Below are positions 14,733 through 31,145 of a stretch of 64,000 bases of DNA, in pieces. Source of the stretch: the human T2T-CHM13v2.0 reference genome, Homo sapiens. Each line of letters starts with the position of its first letter. Positions within the stretch are counted from its first letter, which is position 1. The translations under genes and the position numbers were made by a program. Below the pieces are notes generated by a model. The model did not search any database and had not been told where the DNA came from. It saw nothing but the letters and a program-made list of their open reading frames with translations. The stretch lies in NCBI RefSeq assembly GCF_009914755.1, contig NC_060927.1. One strand, given 5' to 3'.

Positions 14733-17700
14733 ATGAAATATCAAAGTTCACAAACTATATATTATATACTGTACATAAAATATCAAAGTACCCAAGGTAT
14801 ATATTCTATACTGTACAAAAAATATCAAAGTATCCAAAGCATGTATTATATACTGTATATAAAATATGAAAGTACATCAAATATATATTTTATTCTGTAC
14901 ATAAAATATCAAAGTACACCAGATATATATTCTATAGTGTACATAAAATATCAAAGTACCCAAACTATACATTATATACTGTACATAAAATATGAAATTA
15001 CAGCAAATATATATTATATTAGGTACATAAAATATGAAAGTATATCAAATATAGATTATATACTCTACATTAAATACCAAAGTACCCCAAATATATATTT
15101 TATACTGTACATGAAATATCAAAGTTCACAAACTATATATTATATACTGTAAATAAAATATCAATGTACCCAAGGTATATATTCTATACTGCACAAAAAA
15201 TATCAAAGTACCCAAAGCATGTATTATATACTGTATATAAAATAGGAAAGTACATCAAATATATATTTTATTCTGTACATAAAATATCAAAGTACACCAG
15301 ATATATATTCTATAGTGTACATAAAATATCAAAGTACCCAAACTATACATTATATCCTGTACATAAAATATGAAATTACATCAAATATATATTATATTAG
15401 GTACTTAAAATACGAAAGTACATCAAATATAGATTATATACTGTACATAAAATATGAAAGTACCCCAATATATATTATATACTCTACATGAAATATCAAA
15501 GTTCACAAACTATATATTATGTACTGTACATAAAATATCAAACTACCCAAGGTATATATTCTATACTGTACAAAAAATATCAAAGTACCCAAAGCATGTA
15601 TTATATAATGTACATAAAATATGAAAGTACATCAAATATATATTTTATTCTGTACATAAAATATCAAAGAACACCAGATATATATTCTATAGTGTACATA
15701 AAATATCAAAGTACCCAAACTATACATTATATACTGTACATAAAATATGAAATTACATCATATATATATTAGGTACATAAAATATGAAAGTACATCAAAT
15801 ATATATTTTATTCTGTACATAAAATATCAAAGTACACCAGATATATATTCTATAGTGTACATAAAATAACAAAGTACACAAACTATAAAATATGTACTGT
15901 ACATAAAATATGAAATTACATCAAATATATATTAGGTACATAAAATATGAAAGTACATCAAATATAGATTATATACTGTACATATAATATCAATGTACCC
16001 GAAATATATATTTTATACTCTACATGAAATATCAAAGTTCACAAACCATATATTGTATACTGCACATAAAATATCAAAATACACAAGGTATATATTCTAT
16101 ACTGTACAAAAAATATCAAAGTACCCAAAGCAGGTATTATATACTGTATATAAAATATGAAAGTACATCAAATATATATTTTATTCTGTACATAAAATAT
16201 CAAAGTACACCAGATATATATTCTATAGTGTACATAAAATATCAAGGTACCCAAACTATATATTATATACTGTACATAAAATATGAAATTACAGCAAATA
16301 TATATTATATTAGGTACATAAAATATGAAAGTACATCAAATATAGATTATATACTGTACATTAAATACCAAAGTACCCCAAATATATATTTTATACTGTA
16401 CATGAAATATCAAAGTTCACAAACTATATATTATATACTGTACATAAAATATCAATGTACCCAAGGTATATATTCTATACTGCACAAAAAATATCAAAGT
16501 ACCCAAAGCATGTATTATATACTGTATATAAAATATGAAAGTACATCAAATATATATTTTATTCTGTACATAAAATATCAAAGTACACCAGATATATATT
16601 CTATAGTGTACATAAAATATCAAAGTACCCAAACTATACATTATATACTGTACATAAATATGAAATTACATCAAATATATATTATGTTAGGTACATAAAA
16701 TATGAAAGTACATGAAGTATAGATTATATACTGTAGATAAAATATCAAAGTACCCCAAATTTATATTATATACTATACATGAAATATCAAAGTTCACAAA
16801 CTATATATTATATACTGTACATAAAATATCAAAGTACCCAAGGTATATATTCTATAGTGTACAAAAAATATCAAAGTACCCAAAGCATGTATTATATACC
16901 GTACATAAAATATAAAATTACATCAAATATATATTTTATTCTGTACATAAAATATCAAAGTACACCAGATATATATACTATAGTGTACATAAAATACCAA
17001 AGTACCCAAACTATACATTATACACTGTACATAAAATATGAAATTACATCAAATATATATTAGGTACATAAAATATGAAAGTACATCAAATATAGATTAT
17101 ATACTGTAAATATAATATCAATGTACCCCAAATATATATTTTATACTCTACATGAAATATCAAAGTTCACAAACCATATATTATATACTGTACATAAAAT
17201 ATCAAAGTACCCAAGGTATATATTCTATACTGAACAAAAAATATCAAAGTACCCAAAGCATGTATTATATACTGTACATAAAATATGAAAGTACATCAAA
17301 TATATATTTTATTCTGTACATAAAATATCAAAGTACACCAGATATATATTCTATAGTGTACATAAAATATCAAAGTACCCAAACTATACATTATATACTG
17401 TACATAAAATATGAAATTACATCAAATATATATTAGGTACATAAAATATGAAAGAACATCAAACATAGATTATATACTGTACAAAAAATATCAAAGTACC
17501 CCAAATATATATTATATACTCTACATGAAATATCAAATTTCACAAACTATATATTATATACTGTACATAAAATATCAAAGTACCCAAGGTATATATTCTA
17601 TACTGTACAAAAAATATCAAAGTACCCAAAGCATGTATTATATACTGTATATAAAATATGAAAGTACATCAAATATATATTTTATTCTGTACATAAAATA

Positions 17701-18192
17701 TCAAAGTACACCAGATATATATTCTATAGTGTACATAAAATAACAAAGTACACAAACTATAAATTATATACTGTACATAAAATATGAAATTACATCAAAT
17801 ATATATTAGGTACATAAAATATGAAAGTACATCAAATATAGATTATATACTGTACATATAATATCAATGTACCCGAAATATATATTTTATACTCTACATG
17901 AAATATCAAAGTTCACAAACCATATATTATATACTGTGCATAAAATATCAAAGTACCCAAGGTATATATTCTATACTGTACAAAAAATATCAAAGTACCC
18001 AAAGCATGTATTATATACTGTACATAAAATATGAAATTACATCAAATATATATTTTATTCTGTACATAAAATATCAAAGTACACCAGATATATATTCTAT
18101 AGTGTACATAAAATATCAAAGTACCCAAACTATACATTATATACTGTACATAAAATGTGAAATTACATCAAATATATATTATATTAGGTACA

Positions 18193-21100
18193 TAAAATAT
18201 GAAAGTACATCAAATATAGATTATATACTGTACATTAAATACCAATATACCCCAAATATATATTTTATACTGTACATGAAATATCAAAGTTCACACACTA
18301 TATATTATATACTGTACATAAAATATCAAAGTACCCAAGGTATATATTCTATACTGTACAAAAAACATCAAAGTACCCAAAGCATGTATTATATACTGTA
18401 CATAAAATATGAAAGTACATCAAATATATATTTTATTCTGTACATAAAATATCAAAGTACACCAGATATATATTCTATAGTGTACATAAAATATCAAAGT
18501 ACCCAAACTATACATTATATACTGTACATAAAATATGAAATTACATCAAATATATATTATATTAGGTACATAAAATAAGAAAGTACATCAAATATAGATT
18601 ATATACTGTACATAAAATATCAAAGTACCCCAAATATATATTATATACTCTACATGAAATATCAAAGTTCACAAACTATATATTATATACTGTATATAAA
18701 ATATCAAAGTACCCAAGGTATATATTCTATACTGTACAAAAAATATCAAAGTATCCAAAGCATGTTTTATATACTGTATATAAAATATGAAAGTACATTA
18801 AAGATATATTTTATTCTGTACATAAAATATCAAAATACACCAGACATATATTCTATAGTGTACATAAAATAACAAAGTACACAAATTATAAATTATATAC
18901 TGTACATAAAATATGAAATTACATCAAATATATATTAGGTACATAAAATATGAAAGTACATCAAATATAGATTATATACTGTACATATAATATCAATGTA
19001 CCCCAAATATATATTTTATACTCTACATGAAATATCAAACTTCACAAACCATACATTATATACTGTACATAAAATATCAAAGTACCCAAGTTATATATTC
19101 TATACTGTACAAAAGATATCAAAGTACCCAAAGCATGTATTATATACTGTATATAAAATATGAAAGTACATCAAATATATATTATATACTGTACATAAAA
19201 TATCAAAGTACACCAGATATATATTTTATAGTGTACATAAAATATCAAAGTACCCAAACTATACATTATATACTGTACATAAAATATGAGATTACATCAA
19301 ATATATATTATATTAGGTACATAAAATATGAAAGTACATCAGATATAGATTATATACTGTACATAAAATATCAAAGTACCCCAAATATATATTATATACT
19401 CTACATGAAATATCAAAGTTCACAAACTATATATTATATACTGTACATAAAATATCAAAGTACCCAAGGTATATATTCTATACTGTACAAAAAATATCAA
19501 AATACCCAAAGCATGTATTATATACTGTATATAAAATATGAAAATACATTAAATATATATTTTATTCTGTACATAAAATATCAAAGTACACCAGATATAT
19601 ATTCTATAGTGTACATAAAATAACAAAGTACACAAACTATAAATTATATACTGTACGTAAAATATGAAATTACATCAAATATATATTAGGTACATAAAAT
19701 ATGAAAGTACATCAAATATAGATTATATACTGTACATATAATATCAATGTACCCCAAATATATATTTTATACTCTACATGAAATATCAAAGTTCACAAAC
19801 CATACATTATATACTTTCCATAAAATATCAAAGTACCCATGGCATATATTCTATACTGTACAAAAGATATCAAAGTACCCAAAGCATGTATTATATACTG
19901 TACATAAAATATGAAAGTACATCAAATATATATTTTATTCTGTACATAAAATATCAAAGTACACCAGATATATATTCTATAGTGTACATAAAATATCAAA
20001 GTACCCAAACTATATATTATATACTGTACATAAAATATGAAATTACATCAAATATGTAGTATATTAGGTACATAAAATATGAAAGTACATCAAATATAGA
20101 TTATATACCATACATAAAATATCAAAGTACCCCAAATATATATTATATACTATACATGAAATATCAAATATCACAAACTATATATTATATACTGTACATA
20201 AAATATCAAAGTACCCAATGTATATATTCTATAGTGTACAAAAAATATCAAAGTACCCAAAGCATGTATTATATACTGTACATAAAATATAAAAGTACAT
20301 CAAATATATATTTTATTCTGTACATAAAATATGAAAGTACACCAGATATATATTCTATAGTGTACATAAAATATCAAAGTACCCAAACTATACATTATAT
20401 ACTGTACATAAAATATGAAATTACATCAAATATATATTATATTAGGTACTTAAAATATGAAAGTACATCAAATATAGATTATATACTGTACATTAAATAC
20501 CAATATACCCCAAATATATATTTTATACTGTACATGAAATATCAAAGTTCACACACTATATATTATATACTGTACATAAAATATCAAAGTACCCAAGGTA
20601 TATATTCTATACTGTACAAAAAACATCAAAGTACCCAAAGCATGTATTATATACTGTACATAAAATATGAAAGTACATCAAATATATATTTTATTCTGTA
20701 CATAAAATATCAAAGTACACCAGATATATATTCTATAGTGTACATAAAATATCAAAGTACCCAAACTATACATTATATACTGTACATAAAATATGAAATT
20801 ACATCAAATATATATTATATTAGGTACATAAAATAAGAAAGTACATCAAATATAGATTATATACTGTACATAAAATATCAAAGTACCCCAAATATATATT
20901 ATATACTCTACATGAAATATCAAAGTTCACAAACTATATATTATATACTGTATATAAAATATCAAAGTACCCAAGGTATATATTCTATACTGTACAAAAA
21001 ATATCAAAGTATCCAAAGCATGTTTTATATACTGTATATAAAATATGAAAGTACATTAAAGATATATTTTATTCTGTACATAAAATATCAAAATACACCA

Positions 21101-23680
21101 GACATATATTCTATAGTGTACATAAAATAACAAAGTACACAAATTATAAATTATATACTGTACATAAAATATGAAATTACATCAAATATATATTAGGTAC
21201 ATAAAATATGAAAGTACATCAAATATAGATTATATACTGTACATATAATATCAATGTACCCCAAATATATATTTTATACTCTACATGAAATATCAAACTT
21301 CACAAACCATACATTATATACTGTACATAAAATATCAAAGTACCCAAGTTATATATTCTATACTGTACAAAAGATATCAAAGTACCCAAAGCATGTATTA
21401 TATACTGTATATAAAATATGAAAGTACATCAAATATATATTATATACTGTACATAAAATATCAAAGTACACCAGATATATATTTTATAGTGTACATAAAA
21501 TATCAAAGTACCCAAACTATACATTATATACTGTACATAAAATATGAGATTACATCAAATATATATTATATTAGGTACATAAAATATGAAAGTACATCAG
21601 ATATAGATTATATACTGTACATAAAATATCAAAGTACCCCAAATATATATTATATACTCTACATGAAATATCAAAGTTCACAAACTATATATTATATACT
21701 GTACATAAAATATCAAAGTACCCAAGGTATATATTCTATACTGTACAAAAAATATCAAAATACCCAAAGCATGTATTATATACTGTATATAAAATATGAA
21801 AATACATTAAATATATATTTTATTCTGTACATAAAATATCAAAGTACACCAGATATATATTCTATAGTGTACATAAAATAACAAAGTACACAAACTATAA
21901 ATTATATACTGTACGTAAAATATGAAATTACATCAAATATATATTAGGTACATAAAATATGAAAGTACATCAAATATAGATTATATACTGTACATATAAT
22001 ATCAATGTACCCCAAATATATATTTTATACTCTACATGAAATATCAAAGTTCACAAACCATACATTATATACTTTCCATAAAATATCAAAGTACCCATGG
22101 CATATATTCTATACTGTACAAAAGATATCAAAGTACCCAAAGCATGTATTATATACTGTACATAAAATATGAAAGTACATCAAATATATATTTTATTCTG
22201 TACATAAAATATCAAAGTACACCAGATATATATTCTATAGTGTACATAAAATATCAAAGTACCCAAACTATATATTATATACTGTACATAAAATATGAAA
22301 TTACATCAAATATGTAGTATATTAGGTACATAAAATACGAAAGTACATCAAATATAGATTATATACTGTACATAAAATATCAAAGTACCCCAATATATAT
22401 TATATACTGTACATGAAATATCAAAGTTCACAAACTATATATTATGTACTGTACATAAAATATCAAAGTACCCAAGGTATATATTCTATACTGTACAAAA
22501 AATATCAAAGTACCCAAAGCATGTATTATATACTGTACATAAAATATAAAAGTACATCAAATATATATTTTATTCTGTACATAAAATATGAAAGTACACC
22601 AGATATATATTCTATAGTGTACATAAAATATCAAAGTACCCAAACTATACATTATATACTGTACATAAAATATGAAATTACATCAAATATATATTATATT
22701 AGGTACTTAAAATATGAAAGTACATCAAATATAGATTATATACTGTACATAAAATATCAAAGTACCCCAAATATATATTATATACTCTACATGAAATATC
22801 AAAGTTCACAAACTATATATTATATACTGTACATAAAATATCAAAGTACCCAAGGTATATATTCTATACTGTACAAAAAATATCAAAGTATCCAAAGCAT
22901 GTTTTATATACTGTATATAAAATATGAAAGTACATTAAAGATATATTTTATTCTGTACATAAAATATCAAAATACACCAGATATATATTCTATAGTGTAC
23001 ATAAAATAACAAAGTACAGAAACTATAAATTATATACTGTACATAAAATATGAAATTACATCAAATATATATTAGGTACATAAAATATGAAAGTACATCA
23101 AATATAGATTATATACTGTACATATAATATCAATGTACCCCAAATATATATTTTATACTCTACATGAAATATCAAAGTTCACAAACCATACATTATATAC
23201 TGTACATAAAATATCAAAGTACCCAAGTTATATATTCTATACTGTACAAAAGATATCAAAGTACCCAAAGCATGTATTATATACTGTATATAAAATATGA
23301 AAGTACATCAAATATATATTATATACTGTACATATAATATCAAAGTACACCAGATATATATTTTATAGTGTACATAAAATATCAAAGTACCCAAACTATA
23401 CATTATATACTGTACATAAAATATGAGATTACATCAAATATATATTATATTAGGTACATAAAATATGAAAGTACATCAGATATAGATTATATACTGTACA
23501 TAAAATATCAAAGTACCCCAAATATATATTATATACTCTACATGAAATATCAAAGTTCACAAACTATATATTATATACTGTACATAAAATATCAAAGTAC
23601 CCAAGGTATATATTCTATACTGTACAAAAAATATCAAAATACCCAAAGCATGTATTATATACTGTATATAAAATATGAAA
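18193..23680 (+). repeat. 2258-bp (6-HOR) tandem unit: two copies plus a partial third
   Basis: ORF pairs 18654/20912, 19027/21285, 19778/22036; 2258 = 6x378 - 2x5. Markers cacactata, aaaacatcaa, cattaaagata, ctttccata and cccatggcata recur at +2258. Confidence 0.93.
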
Positions 23681-23689
23681 GTACATCAA

Positions 23690-26600
23690 ATATATATTTT
23701 ATTCTGTACATAAAATATCAAAGTACACCAGATATATATTCTATAGTGTACATAAAATATCAAAGTACCCAAACTATACATTATATACTGTACATAAAAT
23801 ATGAAATTACAGCAAATATATATTATATTAGGTACATAAAATATGAAAGTACATCAAATATAGATTATATACTGTACATTAAATACCAAAGTACCCCAAA
23901 TATATATTTTATACTGTACATGAAATATCAAAGTTCACAAACTATATATTATATACTGTACATAAAATATCAATGTACCCAAGGTATATATTCTATACTG
24001 CACAAAAAATATCAAAGTACCCAAAGCATGTATTATATACTGTATATAAAATATGAAAGTACATCAAATATATATTTTATTCTGTACATAAAATATCAAA
24101 GTACACCAGATATATATTCTATAGTGTACATAAAATATCAAAGTACCCAAACTATACATTATATACTGTACATAAAATATGAAATTACATCAAATATATA
24201 TTATATTAGGTACATAAAATACGAAAGTACATCAAATATAGATTATATACTGTACATAAAATATCAAAGTACCCCAATATATATTATATACTGTACATGA
24301 AATATCAAAGTTCACAAACTATATATTATGTACTGTACATAAAATATCAAAGTACCCAAGGTATATATTCTATACTGTACAAAAAATATCAAAGTACCCA
24401 AAGCATGTATTATATAATGTACGTAAAATATGAAAGTACATCAAATATATATTTTATTCTGTACATAAAATATCAAAGAACACCAGATATATATTCTATA
24501 GTGTACATAAAATATCAAAGTACCCAAACTATACATTATATACTATACATAAAATATGAAATTACATCATATATATATTAGGTACATAAAATATGAAAGT
24601 ACATCAAATATATATTTTATTCTGTACATAAAATATCAAAGTACACCAGATATATATTCTATAGTGTACATAAAATAACAAAGTACACAAACTATAAATT
24701 ATATACTGTACATAAAATATGAAATTACATCAAATATATATTAGGTACATAAAATATGAAAGTACATCAAATATAGATTATATACTGTACATATAATATC
24801 AATGTACCCGAAATATATATTTTATACTCTACATGAAATATCAAAGTTCACAAACCATATATTGTATACTGCACATAAAATATCAAAATACCCAAGGTAT
24901 ATATTCTATACTGTACAAAAAATATCAAAGTACCCAAAGCATGTATTATATACTGTACATAAAATATGAAAGTACATCAAATATATATTTTATTCTGTAC
25001 ATAAAATATCAAAGTACACCACATATATATTCTGTAGTGTACATAAAATATCAAAGTACCCAAACTATATATTACATACAGTACATAAAATATGAAATTA
25101 CATCAAATATGTATTATATTAGGTACATAAAATATGAAAGTACATCAAATATAGATTATATACCATACATAAAATATCAAAGTACCCCAAATATATATTA
25201 TATACTATACATGAAATATCAAATATCACAAACTATATATTATATACTGTACATAAAATATCAAAGTACCCAATGTATATATTCTATAGTGTACAAAAAA
25301 TATCAAAGTACCCAAAGCATGTATTATATACTGTACATAAAATATAAAAGTACATCAAATATATATTTTATTCTGTACATAAAATATGAAAGTACACCAG
25401 ATATATATTCTATAGTGTACATAAAATATCAAAGTACCCAAACTATACATTATATACTGTACATAAAATATGAAATTACATCAAATATATATTATATTAG
25501 GTACTTAAAATATGAAAGTACATCAAATATAGATTATATACTGTACATAAAATATCAAAGTACCACAAATATATATTATATACTGTACATGAAATATCAA
25601 AGTTCACAACTATATATTATATACTGTACATAAAATATCAAAGTCCCCAAGGTATATATTCTATACTGTACAAAAAATATCAAAGTACACAAAGCATGTA
25701 TTATATAATGTACATAAAATATGAAATTACATCAAATATATATTATATTAGGTACATAAAATATGAAAGTACATCAAATATAGATTATATACTGTACATA
25801 AAATATCAAAGTACCCCAAATATATATTATATACTGTACATGTAATATCAAAGTTCACAACTATATATTACATACTGTACATAAAATATCAAAGTACCCA
25901 AGGTATATATTCTATACTGTACAAAAAATATCAAAGTACCCAAAGCATGTATTATATACTGTACATAAAATATGAAAGTACATCAAATATATATTTTATT
26001 CTGTACATAAAATATCAAAGTACACCAGATATATATTCTATAGTGTATATAAAATATCAAAGTACCCAAACTATACATTATATACTGTACATAAAATATG
26101 AAATTACATCAAATATATATTATATTAGGTACATAAAATATGAAAGTACATGAAGTATAGATTATATACTGTACATAAAATATCAAAGTACCCCAAATTT
26201 ATATTATATACTATACATGAAATATCAAAGTTCACAAACTATATATTATATACTGTACATAAAATATCAAAGTACCCAAGGTATATATTCTATAGTGTAC
26301 AAAAAATATCAAAGTACCCAAAGCATATATTATATACCGTACATAAAATATAAAATTACATCAAATATATATTTTATTCTGTACATAAAATATCAAAGTA
26401 CACCAGATATATATTCTATAGAGTACATAAAATATCAAAGTACCCAAACTATACATTACATACTGTACATAAAATATGAAATTACATCAAATATATATTA
26501 TAATAGGTACATAAAATATGAAAGTACATCAAATATAGATTACATACTGTACATTAAATACGAAAGTACCCCAAATATATATTTTATACTGTACATGAAA

Positions 26601-29600
26601 TATCAAAGTACCCAAGGTATATATTCTATACTGTACAAAAAATATCAAAGTACCCAAAGCATGTATTACAAACTGTACATAAAATATGAAAGTCCATCAA
26701 ATATATATTTTATTCTGTACATAGAATATCAAAGTACACCAGATATATATTCTATAGTGAACATAAAATATCAAAGTACCCAAACTATACATTATATACT
26801 GTACATAAAATATGAAATTACATCAAATATATATTATATTAGGTACATAAAATATGAAAGTACATCAAATATAGATTATATACTGTACATTAAGTACCAA
26901 AGTACCCCAAATATATATTTTATACTGTACATGAAATATCAAAGTTCACAAACTATATATTATATACTGTACATAAAATATGAAAGTACCCAAGGTATAT
27001 ACTCTATACTGTACAAAAAATATCAAAGTACCCAAAGCATGTATTATATACTGTACATAAAGTAAGAAAGTACATCAAATATATATTTTATTCTGTACAT
27101 AAAATATCAAGGTACACCAGATATATATTCTATAGTGTACATAAAATATCAAAGTACCCAAACTATAAATTATATACTGTACATAAAATATGAAATTACA
27201 TCAAATATATATTATATTAGGTACATAAAATATGAAAGTACATCAAATATAGATTATATACTCTACATTAAATACCAAAGTACCCCAAATATATGTTTTA
27301 TACTGTACATGAAATATCAAAGTTCACAAAGTATATATTATATACTGTACCTAAAATATCAAAGTACCCAAGGTATATATTGTATACTGTACAAAAGATA
27401 TCAAAGTACCCAAAGCATGTATTATATACTGTACATAAAATATGAAAGTACATCATATACATATTTTATTCTGTACATAAAATATTAAAGTACGCCAGAT
27501 ATATATTCTATAGTGTACATAAAATATCAAAGTACCCAAACTATACATTATATACTGTACATAAAATATGAAATTACATCAAATATATATTAAGTACATA
27601 AAATATGAAAGTACATCAAATATAGATTATATACTGTACATAAAATATCAATGTACACCAAATATATATTATATACTCTACATGAAATATCAAAGTTCAC
27701 AAACTATATATTATATACTGTCCATAAAATATCAAAGTACCCAAGGTATATATTCTATACTGTACAAAAAATATCAAAGTAAACAAAGCATGTATTATAT
27801 ACTGTACCTAAAATATGAAAGTACATCAAATATATATTTTATTCTGTACCTAAAATATCAAAGTACACCAGATATATATTCTATAGTGTATATAAAATAT
27901 CAAAGTACCCAAACTATACATTATATACTGTACATAAAATATGAAATTACATCAAATATATATTATATTAGGTACATAAAATATGAAAGTACATGAAGTA
28001 TAGATTATATACTGTACATAAAATATCAAAGTACCCCAAATTTATATTATATACTATACATGAAATATCAAAGTTCACAAACTATATATTATATACTGTA
28101 CATAAAATATCAAAGTACCCAAGGTATATATTCTATAGTGTACAAAAAATATCAAAGTACGCAAAGCATGTATTATATACCGTACATAAAATATGAAATT
28201 ACATCAAATATATATTTTATTCTGTACATAAAATATCAAAGTACACCAGATATATATACTATAGTGTACATAAAATATCAAAGTACCCAAACTATACATT
28301 ATACACTGCACATAAAATATGAAATTACATCAAATATATATTAGGTACATAAAATATGAAAGTACATCAAATATAGATTATATACTGTAAATATAATATC
28401 AATGTACCCCAAATATATATTTTATACTCTACATGAAATATCAAAGTTCACAAACCATATATTATATACTGTACATAAAATATCAAAGTACCCAAGGTAT
28501 ATATTCTATAATGTACAAAAAATATCAAAGTACCCAAAGCATGTATTATATACTGTACATAAAATATGAAAGTACATCAAATATATATTTTATTCTGTAC
28601 ATAAAATATCAAAGTACACCAGATATATATTCTATAGTGTACATAAAATATCAAAGTACCCAAACTATACATTATATACTGTACATAAAATATGAAATTA
28701 CATCAAATATATATTATATTAGGTACATGAAATTTGAAAGTACATCAAATATAGATTATATACTGTACATTAAATACCAAGGTACCCCAAATATATATTT
28801 TATACTGTACATGAAATATCAAAGTTCACAAACTATATATTATATACTGTACATAAAATATCAATGTACCCAAGGTATATATTCTATACTGCACAAAAAA
28901 TATCAAAGTACCCAAAGCATGTATTATATACTGTATATAAAATATGAAAGTACATCAAATATATATTTTATTCTGTACATAAAATATCAAAGTACACCAG
29001 ATATATATTCTATAGTGTACATAAAATAACAAAGTACACAAACTATAAATTATATACTGTACATAAAATATGAAATTACATCAAATATATATTAGGCACA
29101 TAAAATATGAAAGTACATCAAATATAGATTATATACTGTACATATAATATCAATGTACCCGAAATATATATTTTATACTCTACATGAAATATCAAAGTGC
29201 ACAAACCATATATTGTATACTGCACATAAAATATCAAAATACCCAAGGTATATATTCTATACTGTACAAAAAATATCAAAGTACCCAAAGCAGGTATTAT
29301 ATACTGTAAATAAAATATGAAAGTACATCAAATATATATTTTATTCTGTACATAAAATATCAAAGTACACCAGATATATATTCTATAGCGTACATAAAAT
29401 ATCAAAGTACACAAACTGTACATTATATACTGTATATAAAATATGAAATTAAATCAAATATATATTATATTAGGTACATAAAATATGAAAGTACATCAAA
29501 TATAGATTATATACTGTACATTAAATACCAAAGTACCCCAAATATATATTTTATACTGTACATGAAATTTCAAAGTTCACAAACTATATATTATATACTG

Positions 29601-30390
29601 TACATAAAATATCAAAGTACCCAAGGTATATATTCTATAGTGTACAAAAAATATCAAAGTACCCAAAGCATGTATTATATACCGTACATAAAATATAAAA
29701 TTACATCAAATATATATTTTATTCTGTACATAAAATATCAAAGTACACCAGATATATATACTATAGTGTACATAAAATATCAAAGTACCCAAACTATACA
29801 TTATACACTGTACATAAAATATGAAATTACATCAAATATATATTAGGTACATAAAATATGAAAGTACATCAAATATAGATTATATACTGTAAATATAATA
29901 TCAATGTACCCCAAATATATATTTTATACTCTATATGAAATATCAAAGTTCACAAACCATATATTATATACTGTACATAAAATATCAAAGTACCAAAGGT
30001 ATATATTCTATACTGTACAAAAAATATCAAAGTACCCAAAGCATGTATTATATACTGTACATAAAATATGAAAGTACATCAAATATATATTTTATTCTGT
30101 ACATAAAATATCAAAGTACACCAGATATATATTCTATAGTGTACATAAAATATCAAAGTACCCAAACTATACATTATATACTGTACATAAAATATGAAAT
30201 TACATCAAATATATATTATATTAGGTACATGAAATATGAAAGTACATCAAATATAGATTATATACTGTACATAAAATATGAAAGTACCCCAAATATATAT
30301 TATATACTCTACATGAAATATCAAAGTTCACAAACTATATATTATATACTGTACATAAAATATCAAAGTACCCAAGGTATATATTCTATA
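23690..30390 (+). repeat. Near-identical long duplication, copy 2 of 1-6700
   Basis: Same markers at offset 23689; the only difference I noticed is 6239 t vs 29928 a. Confidence 0.95.
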
Positions 30391-31145
30391 CTGTACAAAA
30401 AATATCAAAGTATCCAAAGCAGGTATTATATACTGTATATAAAATATGAAAGTACATCAAATATATATTTTATTCTGTACATAAAATATCAAAGTACACC
30501 AGATATATATTCTATAGTGTACATAAAATATCAAGGTACCCAAACTATATATTATATACTGTACATAAAATATGAAATTACAGCAAATATATATTATATT
30601 AGGTACATAAAATATGAAAGTACATCAAATATAGATTATATACTGTACATTAAATACCAAAGTACCCCAAATATATATTTTATACTGTACATGAAATATC
30701 AAAGTTCACAAACTATATATTATATACTGTACATAAAATATCAATGTACCCAAGGTATATATTCTATACTGCACAAAAAATATCAAAGTACCCAAAGCAT
30801 GTATTATATACTGTATATAAAATATGAAAGTACATCAAATATATATTTTATTCTGTACATAAAATAACAAAGTACACCAGATATATATTCTATAGTGTAC
30901 ATAAAATATCAAAGTACCCAAACTATACATTATATACTGTACATAAATATGAAATTACATCAAATATATATTATATTAGGTACATAAAATATGAAAGTAC
31001 ATGAAGTATAGATTATATACTGTAGATAAAATATCAAAGTACCCCAAATTTATATTATATACTATACATGAAATATCAAAGTTCACAAACTATATATTAT
31101 ATACTGTACATAAAATATCAAAGTACCCAAGGTATATATTCTATA

